Both the position numbers and the translations under genes were made by a program. From an uncultured Oscillospiraceae bacterium (GTDB lineage Bacteria; Bacillota; Clostridia; Peptostreptococcales; Anaerovoracaceae), in contig CAYRVM010000002.1 in the NCBI GenBank assembly GCA_964427575.1, positions 1 through 25,565 on the forward strand: a DNA stretch of 25,565 bases. The letters are read 5' to 3'. How positions within the stretch are numbered: position 1 is the stretch's first letter; every line of letters starts with the position of its first letter. Shown one piece after another: positions 1-9,710 of this stretch. The notes beneath the pieces are model-generated. The model had not been told where the DNA came from, ran no database searches, and saw nothing but the letters and a program-made list of their open reading frames with translations.

Positions 1-574
1 TTCGGCTATGGTTCTCGTACATATATTCTGTGATTCTTTTTAGTCTTTCAGCCAGAACTTTATTACCCTTATTCTTTGACTCGTTAACGAATTTACCATC
101 GTCCATTGAAAAGTATTGGAATTCATTAACTAGAGAAGAAATAAAATTGCATGTATGTTCTATAGTTCTATGCTCAAAGTCTTTTTCCTTAGATAAAAAT
201 TCAAATACAATCCTAGATAATAAAGTTCTAAGGTTATCTAAACTTTCATCATCGTTATCTTTCATATCAGTAACGAAAAAACAGTTATTTAAATTATTGA
301 AGTATTTCGAGAAAAACTTCAAATCTATCTGCAACATCAAAACAAGATTCTTTTCTCCGGTGTTTTCGAAACTATGAATTTCTCTATCATTTAATATGAA
401 AATATCACCAGGTGATAAAATATAATTATAATATCCGTTTTTAAGGCCTACTGTACCAGAAAGAACGTAAACAACTTCCATCTCATCATGAAAATGGATA
501 GGGTATTCTTCTATATTAGCAATGATTGCTACTATAGGTAAATCTTGACCGAATACAATTTTTTCCTTTAGCAT
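1..574 (-). CDS. AraC-family transcriptional regulator with N-terminal cupin domain (3' end runs off the window; absent from ORF track)
   Basis: Manual translation from ATG 574 (RBS AAAGGAG upstream): MLKEKIVFGQDLPIVAIIANIEEYPIHFHDEMEVVYVLSG...PGDIFILNDREIHS...ERLKRITEYMYENHSR. This is a cupin HxH..E..H pattern followed by the start of an AraC HTH region; the frame is open to the window edge. Confidence 0.8.
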   Translation of the reverse strand, partial: MLKEKIVFGQDLPIVAIIANIEEYPIHFHDEMEVVYVLSGTVGLKNGYYNYILSPGDIFILNDREIHSFENTGEKNLVLMLQIDLKFFSKYFNNLNNCFFVTDMKDNDDESLDNLRTLLSRIVFEFLSKEKDFEHRTIEHTCNFISSLVNEFQYFSMDDGKFVNESKNKGNKVLAERLKRITEYMYENHSR

Positions 575-626
575 TTACTCTCCTTTAAACTATTATGTTA
601 ACCTGTGTTTATATTTTTTCGAACAT

Positions 627-799
627 TTTTCAACAAGCTACAAATTATTATTTATCAACCTTCGAGGGTATTTCCCCAAATTAAAAGCTTTGTATACGAT
701 TTTATTCACGATTGCCTGTGGAAAAGTATTGATAGCGTTAGCCTTGAAATAACTACGTTTCTTTAATTTACTAAATTGTTTATACACAAGTTATCCACA
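627..799. promoter_or_regulatory. DnaA-box cluster
   Basis: Matches to TTWTNCACA: TGTGGAAAA 717-725 (reverse), TTATACACA 780-788, TTATCCACA 791-799. One-mismatch boxes TTTTCAACA 627-635 and TTATTCACG 702-710. Confidence 0.65.
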
Positions 800-890
800 G
801 ATATATGAAGTATTATTATAAACTATATTTGATGTGTTAAGCATAGCAGTTACAATAATTAGCTAAATTATACAATGGCCATAATAATTA

Positions 891-899
891 TGCTATAAT
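891..899 (+). promoter_or_regulatory. Extended -10 promoter element (TGnTATAAT) for alaX-like gene
   Basis: TGCTATAAT 36 nt upstream of ATG 935; RBS GAGGAG at 921-926; no good -35. Confidence 0.5.
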
Positions 900-934
900 T
901 TTAATTATTAATTTGCTATTGAGGAGATTTACCT

Positions 935-2200
935 ATGACGATTAAATATTTTGCGAAGAATATATATGAAAAAGAATTGAAATCAAGGATAACCGAAAAA
1001 ATCGGTGACGATATTCTAGTTTTAGATAGTACCATATTTTTCCCAGAAGGTGGTGGTCAGCCTTGTGATCTAGGAGCAATTAACGATTTACTTATTCAGT
1101 CTGTCTATGAGGAAGGGCAAAAGGTTTTCCACAAGCTAACAATTTCAAATGATACACAGAGGGAAATATTTTCTACTTTAAAAGTTGGCGATTTAGTAGT
1201 TAGTGCACTCGATTGGGATAGACGATTTGAACATATGCAAAGGCACTGTGGGGAACACATTCTATCTGGAATTTTCTTTAGAGAGTATTCAGCCATTAAC
1301 AAGGGTTTCCATATGGGTGATGAATATATGACTATCGATCTAGACATGGACTCAATAAGTGACAATGATTTAGATAGGATTGAACTTGAGGCAAACAAGG
1401 TAATTTGGTCGAACGCTCCTGTAAGCGTAACGTACTTCGACAGTATGGAAGAAGCCTCAAAACTCCCTTTAAGAAAGGCCGTGACGATCGATTCAGACAT
1501 TAGCGTTGTATGCGTTGGGAGTTTGGATAATCCAGCTGACTGTGTCGCATGTTGTGGAACCCACCCAAGTTTTGCCGGGGAGGTCGGCTCCATTAAAATC
1601 TTTAAGGCGGAAAAGTACAAGGGTATGATTAGAGTGTATTTTGATGCTGGAAAAAGAGCCATCCTAGATTATAATCAAAAGAACAAAATAATAAGCAATC
1701 TTTGTAAAAACTTTTCCGCAACTCCGGCTGATTTAGAAAGTAAAATCGAGAGCAAAATTGAAAAGAGTGAAAAGGTAATTGGTGAGTTGAAACTTTTGAA
1801 GGAAATGCTCATTCAAAAAGAAGCAGATGAATTAATAGATTTAGTTTCTATACCTTCTGATACAGAGAATTATATCGATGATAATCAAGAAGTTACAGTC
1901 GGCCAAATTGTAATTAAAGAATTTGAAAATTATTCTATCGATGATCTTTCTTATATGTCAAAAATTCTATGTAAGAATAGCGATCATTTGTATATTCTTG
2001 TGTCAAATAAGGATAATATAGTTTTAATTGAAAAGAGTCCTGAGAGTTCAGTTAATACTCGCGATTTAGGAATTCTTATAAAAGATTATTGTAAAGACAA
2101 ACCTGTTCGTGGCGGTGGAAGCAAGTTCTCTGCTAGGATAAGCTTTAATGGCAACAACGAATTAAGTGATTTTCTAGATGAAATTTTAGATTTGCTTTAA
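935..2200 (+). CDS. Alanyl-tRNA editing protein (AlaX-like, tRNA_SAD domain plus C-terminal DHHA1)
   Basis: FFPEGGGQP, HMQRHCGEH (HxxxH) and ACCGTH (CxxxH) zinc motifs; C-terminal RGGGS of DHHA1; no aminoacylation domain. Confidence 0.85.
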   Translation: MTIKYFAKNIYEKELKSRITEKIGDDILVLDSTIFFPEGGGQPCDLGAINDLLIQSVYEEGQKVFHKLTISNDTQREIFSTLKVGDLVVSALDWDRRFEHMQRHCGEHILSGIFFREYSAINKGFHMGDEYMTIDLDMDSISDNDLDRIELEANKVIWSNAPVSVTYFDSMEEASKLPLRKAVTIDSDISVVCVGSLDNPADCVACCGTHPSFAGEVGSIKIFKAEKYKGMIRVYFDAGKRAILDYNQKNKIISNLCKNFSATPADLESKIESKIEKSEKVIGELKLLKEMLIQKEADELIDLVSIPSDTENYIDDNQEVTVGQIVIKEFENYSIDDLSYMSKILCKNSDHLYILVSNKDNIVLIEKSPESSVNTRDLGILIKDYCKDKPVRGGGSKFSARISFNGNNELSDFLDEILDLL

Positions 2201-2270
2201 GAAAATGAATTAAAGTCGATAATTTGATATAAGTCAATAAGTGAAGATTAGTATAATTGCATTAATTATT

Positions 2271-3101
2271 TTAATCTGCTATAACTTTATAGAAATGCTG
2301 ATAGTCGATTGGATTTTCCCAATCTCCTCCCCATTTCCAGCCTCGCTTAACGAAAGCCTTGTAGCAAGGGTCATCTTTGATGATTAATCCTTTTACATTT
2401 TTATCGCGATTTAAGTTTGGATCTCCGCTACTTGGCAAGACCTGATTAGCGAGTCCACTTTTCATAAGCAAATATGGGTTCTGGATAGGGTTAATATCGA
2501 TTGCAAGGCCCAAAGCATGTTGGGAAATCGCACCGCCCCCAGTTATTTCTCTATAGCAGAATGCTGAAGAATTATTATCCTCCATTGAAGCCAAATCTGA
2601 AGCGTTGTAATTATCGATTAGCCTAACTTTTTCTATCGGGTATTTGGCAATGTATAAATCCTTAAATATTTCAATCACATCGTCTGCTACCTTTTCATTA
2701 ACGATGAGTTCGCCAATTTTAGTTTTGCCATCAAAACCGTAAAATAAGATCTTTATGTATCTAAGTTGTTCTAACTCTATATCATCGTTGTTTATAAATG
2801 ATTTTCCTGTGATTCTAGCTATTATATCTTTTGACAAGGTTTCTTGGGTAAAATAAATATCCAAGTCATCTTTGACGATGCTTGGCAGAATTGCTATCTC
2901 ATTTCCATTGTTTTGATTTGCTAAATTTGAAGCTTGATCAGTCGGTAAACCTTGCTTTTGGCTCTGACTAAAGCCGGCTCCAAAGTTCTCGAATGCAGCG
3001 CTTTTTTGCGCCATTTCAGAAAAGCTATCATACATCGTAATATTTAAGATGGTTATTGCTATAGTTAATATAGCAATAACCATCTTTATTAGTCTTACCA
3101 A
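2271..3101 (-). CDS. M15-family Zn metallopeptidase (D-Ala-D-Ala carboxypeptidase-like) with N-terminal hydrophobic anchor; alternative start ATG 3083
   Basis: SQHALGLAIDINP (SxHxxGxAxD) and WGGDW...DYQHF motifs; N-terminal VIAILTIAITILNI. Confidence 0.85.
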   Translation of the reverse strand: MVRLIKMVIAILTIAITILNITMYDSFSEMAQKSAAFENFGAGFSQSQKQGLPTDQASNLANQNNGNEIAILPSIVKDDLDIYFTQETLSKDIIARITGKSFINNDDIELEQLRYIKILFYGFDGKTKIGELIVNEKVADDVIEIFKDLYIAKYPIEKVRLIDNYNASDLASMEDNNSSAFCYREITGGGAISQHALGLAIDINPIQNPYLLMKSGLANQVLPSSGDPNLNRDKNVKGLIIKDDPCYKAFVKRGWKWGGDWENPIDYQHFYKVIAD

Positions 3102-5023
3102 CTTCCGCCGCCGCCGCCGCCCATTCCGCCACCAGAGAAACCGCCGCCACCGGAAAAGCCGCCACCGCCGCTTCCGCCTTGGGGTGCTTTTGGTACCGAA
3201 ATATTGCTTTGGAATGATCTAACTGAATGATTGAATGAATTCATAAATATCAGCGTATTGAAGTTGCTTCCATAAGCACCCCCAACATACCAAGTTGGTG
3301 GCTCTAGGGTAATGGACTCAAACTTCTTTGCCCATGTATCTGTTAGCCCAAGAACATACGCGTAAGGCAGTACATTAAAGAAGTATTTAGGATTTTCATT
3401 TACTAGAAGTTCCAACTTATCCAATTCTGCCTTTTGGATAAAGTCTTTTAATCCTAAAATCTTTCCCATCCATTCAACGCTTTGCTTGCTTCTTTGTTTC
3501 ATTATTTTCGCCATAGCCATGGTGAAAATTGATGCCAAACCAGCAACTATCGGAATAATAGTCATATTCAAAATATAGTTCCCGTATAGGAAAACTTCTC
3601 CCAAAAGTATTAATATAAAGAAAACATCAAATACTTTTGAAGCTGCTCTTTTGATTCTTCCCATGCTGTCTCTTCTATCAAATGCTCCAATTGATATGCT
3701 GAAGCACAGGAAATTGGTAATGAGAATGAATCCAACTATTACATTAAAGTATACCGGCATAATAGTTATATACGTACCAATCAAAAGGAAAGCAGCCATT
3801 GGAATCATCATGAGTAGAACGCCAATTCCTCTTGCAAACATTGAGTTTTGAGTAAATATTCGTTTTTCTTTGTTTTCTTTAAAACTATCTTTAATCATTT
3901 CCTTGGTTGTGGTAAAAGTCTCATAGAAATCTTCTTTCAAACTACTTGAAAATACTTCGTCCCCGCTTTTAAATAAGCCTTTGAACATTACTTGCTCATA
4001 TGGTTTAGCAGTAAGTGGTAAATCCTTGAGTTTAATCAAAGAGAAATCTTTATCATCGCTAGTTACAATCCTTATATATTCCTGATTTGCCCAGTAGATA
4101 ATTAATGAGACCACATCTTTGCTGTCAACTACTCCATCGATTATATATCCTATTTCTGCTGAATTAATTCCATTTGGTGGATAAAATTCGACAGTTTTGA
4201 CAGTCTTTGGATCTCTTCCAAATCTTAGCCATAGGAAAATACTTAAAAGAGGTGTAAGAAGAATCAATGCTAGCATGAACAAGTAAAGGAAGTTACTGTT
4301 ACTTTCCCCTACAAAATAGTTTTCATCGAGCATGATCTTTAATGTAACGCCCTCGTTCACTTCCAATGGTGAATCTATTCTAGCCGTTATTAGATTTCCA
4401 TCGACTTTCCAAGAAACCTTTGATACATCATTGCTTCCATATGTTCCAGATATAAACTCCACTTTGCTCGGATCGAAGGCCTTTGGCATATTGATTGTTA
4501 TTGTTGCATTATCTATTGAAGTGCCCCAACCCGTAGGAATAACGTTGAGATAAAGATCATCAAACAATTGAATTTTATCTTCAGTTAACCCATATTTGTA
4601 ACCAATTATATAGTCTTGAGAACCTTCCACATAAGTGTCTGCGCTCCCAATCTTCATAAGCACGTTTTCATTTTCGTAAGAAACTTCGTAGGGAAAACCC
4701 TCTACGTAAATATCATTAACTGAAGCTCTATATCTTTCTGAAACTGTCTTCCCATCGATGCTTCTAGTTACAGTCCCCATATATGGAACATATCTGTAAA
4801 TACCATGCCTAGGTTCAGTATATGTGATTTTTATATCTTCCTTAATATAAAGAACCTTGTTTTCCTTAACATCGATATTAACATTATAATCTTGCGTCGT
4901 GTAATATTCAGCATAAGCAAAACTAGTATTAATCGCTAGGCCGATGACAATCATTGCAAAAATTGCAACCAAATTATTGGCAATCCTAAAATTGCCTTTT
5001 ATAAATCTATATAAAGTATCCAT
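3095..5023 (-). CDS. DUF2207-family membrane protein
   Basis: Signal-like N-terminus, extracellular domain (HGIYRY, W.T.I), several TM helices, LPYAYVLG motif and Gly-rich GGFSGGGGFSGGGMGGGGGGSW tail; lies directly downstream of lemA. Confidence 0.85.
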   Translation of the reverse strand: MDTLYRFIKGNFRIANNLVAIFAMIVIGLAINTSFAYAEYYTTQDYNVNIDVKENKVLYIKEDIKITYTEPRHGIYRYVPYMGTVTRSIDGKTVSERYRASVNDIYVEGFPYEVSYENENVLMKIGSADTYVEGSQDYIIGYKYGLTEDKIQLFDDLYLNVIPTGWGTSIDNATITINMPKAFDPSKVEFISGTYGSNDVSKVSWKVDGNLITARIDSPLEVNEGVTLKIMLDENYFVGESNSNFLYLFMLALILLTPLLSIFLWLRFGRDPKTVKTVEFYPPNGINSAEIGYIIDGVVDSKDVVSLIIYWANQEYIRIVTSDDKDFSLIKLKDLPLTAKPYEQVMFKGLFKSGDEVFSSSLKEDFYETFTTTKEMIKDSFKENKEKRIFTQNSMFARGIGVLLMMIPMAAFLLIGTYITIMPVYFNVIVGFILITNFLCFSISIGAFDRRDSMGRIKRAASKVFDVFFILILLGEVFLYGNYILNMTIIPIVAGLASIFTMAMAKIMKQRSKQSVEWMGKILGLKDFIQKAELDKLELLVNENPKYFFNVLPYAYVLGLTDTWAKKFESITLEPPTWYVGGAYGSNFNTLIFMNSFNHSVRSFQSNISVPKAPQGGSGGGGFSGGGGFSGGGMGGGGGGSW

Positions 5024-5031
5024 ATCGTCTC

Positions 5032-5598
5032 CTAAAATTTAACTTTAACTGCATCTCTTTCTTCTTCGGCTTCAACTTCAAACATAGGCTTTCTCTTGAA
5101 TCCGAACATATTAGCCAAAATATTATTTGGGAAGATTTCAGTTAAAGTATTAAATTCCTTAACAACTGCATTGTAGAATTTTCTTGCATTAGCAATATCT
5201 TCTTCGACAAGTTTCAATTGGTTCTGAAGATCTAGAAAACTCAAGTTTGCCTTAAGATCAGGATATGCTTCTGCTACGGCGAACAAACTCTTAAGTGCTC
5301 CAGTAAGCATTGTTTCACCTTGGATCTTGTCCTCAACTGTTGTTGCTTGGGAAGCCATATTTCTTGCTTCAGTAACTTTTTGAAATGTTCCTGATTCATG
5401 AGCCGCGTATCCTTTAACAGATTCTACTAAATTCGGAATTAGGTCATATCTCTTTTTCATGAAAACATCCATTGTTGAAAAAGCTTCTTCAACTCTGTTT
5501 CTCATTGCTACGAAACCATTGTATGCCGAGATAACCCAAGCTACTACAATGAGTATTAATACACCAATAACGATTAGAATTATTGTACCTGTTCCCAT
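5032..5598 (-). CDS. lemA: LemA family protein
   Basis: N-terminal TM, then KKRYDLIPNLVESVKGYAAHE, AEAYPDLKAN, EEDIANARKFYN. Confidence 0.95.
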   Translation of the reverse strand: MGTGTIILIVIGVLILIVVAWVISAYNGFVAMRNRVEEAFSTMDVFMKKRYDLIPNLVESVKGYAAHESGTFQKVTEARNMASQATTVEDKIQGETMLTGALKSLFAVAEAYPDLKANLSFLDLQNQLKLVEEDIANARKFYNAVVKEFNTLTEIFPNNILANMFGFKRKPMFEVEAEEERDAVKVKF

Positions 5599-5619
5599 AA
5601 TGACACCTCCATTAAATGA

Positions 5620-6507
5620 CTAAAAAAATTCTTTAATTATAACTTCTATGGATCTTGCTGAATTTATCTCGAAAGCTTCATCAGGCTGAAGTTCAAACGA
5701 GGCTTCACTCCTAAATCGCTTTGCAAACTTAACTAAGATTTCTTCTTTTGAATAATCTTCCTTATAATATTTTACAACAAACTTTTTGCACTCCTCGCAA
5801 GCTTTTTGCGACCAATCCCAATAATTTTTGCTATCGGATGGATCAATAAGCCCGTAATGCGGCGAAATAATATATTTAGCTTGAAGCTTTCTAAGCTTGT
5901 TTATGGAATTGATTGTATCCTTATAGCTTGTAAGGAAAACCGGCGACATTTCGCCGAGCTTGAGCAATACCCCTGGCGTTTCTCCAGGAAACAGAACATC
6001 TTCATTTCTTAAGAAAAATGCAAGACAGCATTTTGTGTGGCCCTTGGTTTCCAAAACTTCTATTTGTATATTACCAAGGTCTATAATATCGCCATCTTTT
6101 ATAGCTTCGTCCACATAAAGACCTTCCATATTTAAGTCTTCAATTTCTTGACCAAACAACTTAGAAGCACTTATTGATAAATCTTTTATTAGAATTTTCG
6201 AACTTTCCTTATCCAGCACTTTTTTCCCGTGTTCCGAGCTTAGAACAGTTACTTCAGGCCATTTCGACCTAAGTGCCATTGTACCTCCTACGTGGTCGTA
6301 GTGCGAATGGGATAAGATAATAAAGTCTAAAGGCTTATCGCCTAATATTTCAACGATATTTTCAACTAGTTTGTCTCCGCAATATGCCATCCCAGCGTCA
6401 ATTACTGCAGTTCCAGCTCTACCTACTATCAGATAAGTATCTCCACCTAGGCCGCCGGCAACATTATGAATATTTTTATTGATAATCTCTAACATTATGC
6501 CCCCCAT
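5620..6507 (-). CDS. Metallo-beta-lactamase-fold hydrolase (alternative start ATG 6495)
   Basis: IDAG, SHSHYDHVGG (HxHxDH), GHT and C-terminal SPHYG motifs. Confidence 0.85.
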   Translation of the reverse strand: MGGIMLEIINKNIHNVAGGLGGDTYLIVGRAGTAVIDAGMAYCGDKLVENIVEILGDKPLDFIILSHSHYDHVGGTMALRSKWPEVTVLSSEHGKKVLDKESSKILIKDLSISASKLFGQEIEDLNMEGLYVDEAIKDGDIIDLGNIQIEVLETKGHTKCCLAFFLRNEDVLFPGETPGVLLKLGEMSPVFLTSYKDTINSINKLRKLQAKYIISPHYGLIDPSDSKNYWDWSQKACEECKKFVVKYYKEDYSKEEILVKFAKRFRSEASFELQPDEAFEINSARSIEVIIKEFF

Positions 6508-6601
6508 GATTAATTTATTTTGACAAATAATTATAACCCAAAAGTCAACTTATTGAAATTGTTATTATTAATACTCTATTAAACTATTTTATTAAATATT
6601 G

Positions 6602-6630
6602 TTGACATGTAATAATACATAAGATAATAT
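6602..6630 (+). promoter_or_regulatory. Sigma-A promoter of the ars operon
   Basis: TTGACA 6602-6607, 17-nt spacer, TAATAT 6625-6630. Confidence 0.65.
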
Positions 6631-6631
6631 A

Positions 6632-6657
6632 CGTATATTCGCATATGCAAATATACG
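6632..6657. promoter_or_regulatory. Candidate ArsR operator (26-bp imperfect palindrome)
   Basis: CGTATATTCGCATATGCAAATATACG is self-complementary except one pair and overlaps the predicted transcription start; arsR lies in the operon. Confidence 0.7.
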
Positions 6658-6709
6658 ATAGCAGCGTTTGATACTTCAAATTTCAATACCGACAAGAAAG
6701 GCACAAATA

Positions 6710-7714
6710 ATGATAATTTTCCAATGGTTAAATGATCAGGTTCTAAAAATGGAATGGCTATCCAATCTTTTTCAATATCTGGTTGAAAAAGTATTCGGTT
6801 TAGATATAACAGGACAGCTAGGCGGAAGTCTTCACTTTTTTCTATATGATGTAGTTAAGATATTTATATTGTTATGTGTGCTTATTTTTATTATTTCATA
6901 CATACAAAGTTTTTTTTTTTTTTTTAGGACAAGGAAAATATTAGGTCGATTTAAAGGTGTTTCTGCGAATATCCTTGGAGCATTGTTAGGAACTATAACA
7001 CCCTTTTGCTCATGTTCATCTATCCCATTATTTATAGGATTTACAAGTGCGGGTCTCCCCATCGGAGTAACTTTCTCCTTCTTAATCTCTTCACCTCTAG
7101 TTGACTTAGCATCCGTAATTCTATTAGCAAGTATCTTCAATTGGAAAATAGCGATTGCATATGTAATTGTCGGTCTTATTTTGGCAGTAATTGGTGGAAC
7201 AATAATTAGCAAATCAAAGCTTGAAAAGTATGTTGAACCATTCGTCTTTACCAATAAGATTATGGAAGCGGATCAAGATGCATTAACAAGGCTAGATAGA
7301 ATGGATTTTGCAAAGAATCAAGTTTTCGATATTGTAAGGAAAGTTTGGTTGTATATATTAATTGGCGTTGGTATTGGAGCCTTGATACATAATTGGATTC
7401 CTGAGAGCGTCATTTCAGCTGTACTTGGCCAGGATAAATGGTACTCCGTATTATTGGCAACTTTCGTTGGCATACCAATGTATGCAGATATATTTGGGAC
7501 TCTCCCAATCGCTGAAGCTTTGGTTTCAAAGGGAGTTGGATTGGGAACCGCTCTTTCATTCATGATGGCAGTAACTGCTCTATCCCTTCCATCGTTGATT
7601 ATGTTAAAGAAAGTAGTTAAAACAAAGCTTTTAGTAATATTCACAGGTGTTGTAACCATAGGAATTCTGATAATAGGATATTCCTTTAATGCCTTTGGAT
7701 ACTTGCTAATGTAA
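6710..7714 (+). CDS. ArsP-like / DUF318 permease
   Basis: TPFCSCSSIP, FLISSPLVD, GIPMYA..GTLPI, ALSLPSL motifs. ATG 6710 has RBS AAGAAAGG and is preferred to TTG 6668. Confidence 0.85.
   Translation: MIIFQWLNDQVLKMEWLSNLFQYLVEKVFGLDITGQLGGSLHFFLYDVVKIFILLCVLIFIISYIQSFFFFFRTRKILGRFKGVSANILGALLGTITPFCSCSSIPLFIGFTSAGLPIGVTFSFLISSPLVDLASVILLASIFNWKIAIAYVIVGLILAVIGGTIISKSKLEKYVEPFVFTNKIMEADQDALTRLDRMDFAKNQVFDIVRKVWLYILIGVGIGALIHNWIPESVISAVLGQDKWYSVLLATFVGIPMYADIFGTLPIAEALVSKGVGLGTALSFMMAVTALSLPSLIMLKKVVKTKLLVIFTGVVTIGILIIGYSFNAFGYLLM
6910..6925 (+). repeat. T16 homopolymer inside permease CDS
   Basis: 16 consecutive T, in frame, encoding S-F-F-F-F-F. Confidence 0.95.
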
Positions 7715-7734
7715 TTTATTTAAATATTAAGAAA

Positions 7735-8088
7735 GTGGGTGGTACTATTTTAAACATTATAAATGTATTTAAGGCCTTATCAGACGAAACAAGATTACGG
7801 ATTTTAAATCTACTATTTGAACAGGAACTTTGCGTCTGCGATATTATGGAAACTCTTCAAATAAGTCAGACCAAAGCTTCAAGACACTTGGGTTATATGA
7901 AAAATGCGGGCTTGGTAAATGATAAAAAGCAGGCTCAGTGGGTTTATTATAGAATGGCCGATTTAACGAATGGTGATTTTATTGAAAGCTTAGTTAAGAA
8001 CAATCTTAGAAAAGAAGAAATATATATTAGCGATCTCAAGCACCTTTCAGACTGGCTCATAGTTAAGGGTAAGGATTGTATTAAATAA
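7735..8088 (+). CDS. arsR: ArsR/SmtB-family repressor
   Basis: FKALSDETRLRIL, ELCVCD metalloid-binding box, SRHL HTH; start codon uncertain. Confidence 0.92.
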   Translation: MGGTILNIINVFKALSDETRLRILNLLFEQELCVCDIMETLQISQTKASRHLGYMKNAGLVNDKKQAQWVYYRMADLTNGDFIESLVKNNLRKEEIYISDLKHLSDWLIVKGKDCIK

Positions 8089-8136
8089 TTTCAATAAATA
8101 GTTTAATAAATAATTTTATATATAGTGGAGGTAAAC

Positions 8137-9219
8137 ATGAGTATCGAAAAACATGCAAGGCTATCATTTTTAGATAGGTATTTGACCCTTTGGATATTTT
8201 TGGCTATGGGAATTGGCGTAGGAACAGGTTTCTTATTCCCTTCCGTAGCAACTTCTCTCGAAGGCATGAGTACAGGGACAACATCTTGGCCAATAGCGAT
8301 CGGCCTAATTATTATGATGTATCCACCGCTAGCTAAGGTTAAATACGAAGAAATTGGCAAAGTTACAAAAAACAAGAAAATCTTTGGATTTTCGTTAATC
8401 CAAAACTGGATTATCGGGCCTATCTTGATGTTTGTCCTAGCAATAATCTTTCTTCCCGACATGGCAGATTATGCTGTAGGATTAATTATCATTGGGCTTG
8501 CTCGTTGCATAGCTATGGTAATCGTTTGGAACACCCTTGCTAAGGGTGACAATGAATATTGCGCAGCCCTTGTTGCTGTAAATTCAATATTCCAAATCTT
8601 ATTCTTCTCTCTTTATATCTATATTTTCGTAACATTTCTTCCAAATCTACTAGGTCTTTCCTTTGGCGGAATGGCTGTAGATATTAGTATTTGGAAAGTT
8701 GCTCAGAGCGTATTAATTTATCTAGGAATACCTTTCTTCGGTGGCATAATAACAAGATTTGCCTTGATTAATTCTAAGGGTAAAGAATGGTATGAAACTA
8801 AATTTATACCTAAAATTTCACCTTTTGCATTAATTGCATTGCTTTATACTATAGTAATAATGTTTACTCTCAAGGGAGAATATATAGTTGAGCTACCATT
8901 TGATGTAATAAGAATTGCAATTCCATTGCTTTTTTATTTTGCAATTATGTTCTTCTTCAGCTTCTTCATGTCCATGAGGGGCGGCTTCTCATACGACCAG
9001 ACTGTAACCTTGTCCTTCACCGCCGCAAGCAACAACTTTGAGCTTGCGATTGCTGTAGCCGTAGCTGTATTTGGTATCGGTAGTGGGCAGGCTTTTGCAG
9101 CTGTAATCGGACCTCTTGTTGAGGTGCCAGTTATGATTGGTCTGGTTAATGTTGCATTATTGTTTAAAAGTAAGTATTACAGCATTGATGGCTTGCCATT
9201 AAAAAAACAAATATCATGA
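8137..9219 (+). CDS. acr3: ACR3-family arsenite efflux transporter
   Basis: [50 protein letters not shown]; RBS GGAGGT before ATG 8137. Confidence 0.95.
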   Translation: MSIEKHARLSFLDRYLTLWIFLAMGIGVGTGFLFPSVATSLEGMSTGTTSWPIAIGLIIMMYPPLAKVKYEEIGKVTKNKKIFGFSLIQNWIIGPILMFVLAIIFLPDMADYAVGLIIIGLARCIAMVIVWNTLAKGDNEYCAALVAVNSIFQILFFSLYIYIFVTFLPNLLGLSFGGMAVDISIWKVAQSVLIYLGIPFFGGIITRFALINSKGKEWYETKFIPKISPFALIALLYTIVIMFTLKGEYIVELPFDVIRIAIPLLFYFAIMFFFSFFMSMRGGFSYDQTVTLSFTAASNNFELAIAVAVAVFGIGSGQAFAAVIGPLVEVPVMIGLVNVALLFKSKYYSIDGLPLKKQIS

Positions 9220-9271
9220 ATTTTGTAGAATTCGATCGAGTTCAAACAATGTAAGAATTAAGGAGAAGATT

Positions 9272-9685
9272 ATGAAAAAATATATAACCGCCTTTGTATG
9301 CACAGGCAATTCGTGTAGAAGTCAGATGGCTGAAGGTTGGGCTAAACATTTGGGGAGTCACATATTAGAAAGCTATAGTGCAGGTACCCATCCAGCAAGT
9401 GAAATTAATCCATTAGCCATTGCTGTTATGAATGAAGTTGGAGTCGATATTTCATCTCAAGTTCCAAAGCTTCTCGACGAAATTCCTTACGAAATCGATA
9501 TATTGATAACTATGGGTTGCGGAGTGGAATGTCCTTATCTACCCAATGATTATCGCGCGGACTGGGGTCTCGAAGATCCAGTGGGCAGACCTATTGAGGA
9601 ATTTAGGAAGACTAGAGATATAATCCGAGAAAAAATGCTAGAATTGATTGAAATGGTTGAAAAAGAAGGAATTACTATAAAATAA
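9272..9685 (+). CDS. arsC: Arsenate reductase, LMW-PTPase (thioredoxin-coupled) family
   Basis: CTGNSCRSQMAEG P-loop, TMGCG..CP, DWGLEDP. Confidence 0.92.
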   Translation: MKKYITAFVCTGNSCRSQMAEGWAKHLGSHILESYSAGTHPASEINPLAIAVMNEVGVDISSQVPKLLDEIPYEIDILITMGCGVECPYLPNDYRADWGLEDPVGRPIEEFRKTRDIIREKMLELIEMVEKEGITIK

Positions 9686-9710
9686 TATTTCTATTTGAAT
9701 TGGAGAAAAA

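Noticed and set aside
30-377. 115-aa plus-strand ORF from the track
   Set aside because: Antisense shadow of the AraC-family gene, which has an RBS and recognisable motifs.
575-934. T-box leader upstream of the tRNA-editing gene
   Set aside because: No AGGGTGGNACCGCG T-box motif or terminator/antiterminator; the probable promoter is only ~30 nt from the start codon.
3103-3180. GC-rich (CCG)n-like repeats
   Set aside because: Simply encode the Gly-rich tail typical of DUF2207 proteins.
6520-6548. TTGAC-N19-GTCAA inverted repeat upstream of the MBL gene
   Set aside because: Only 5-bp arms in AT-rich DNA with no matching regulator; not distinguishable from chance.
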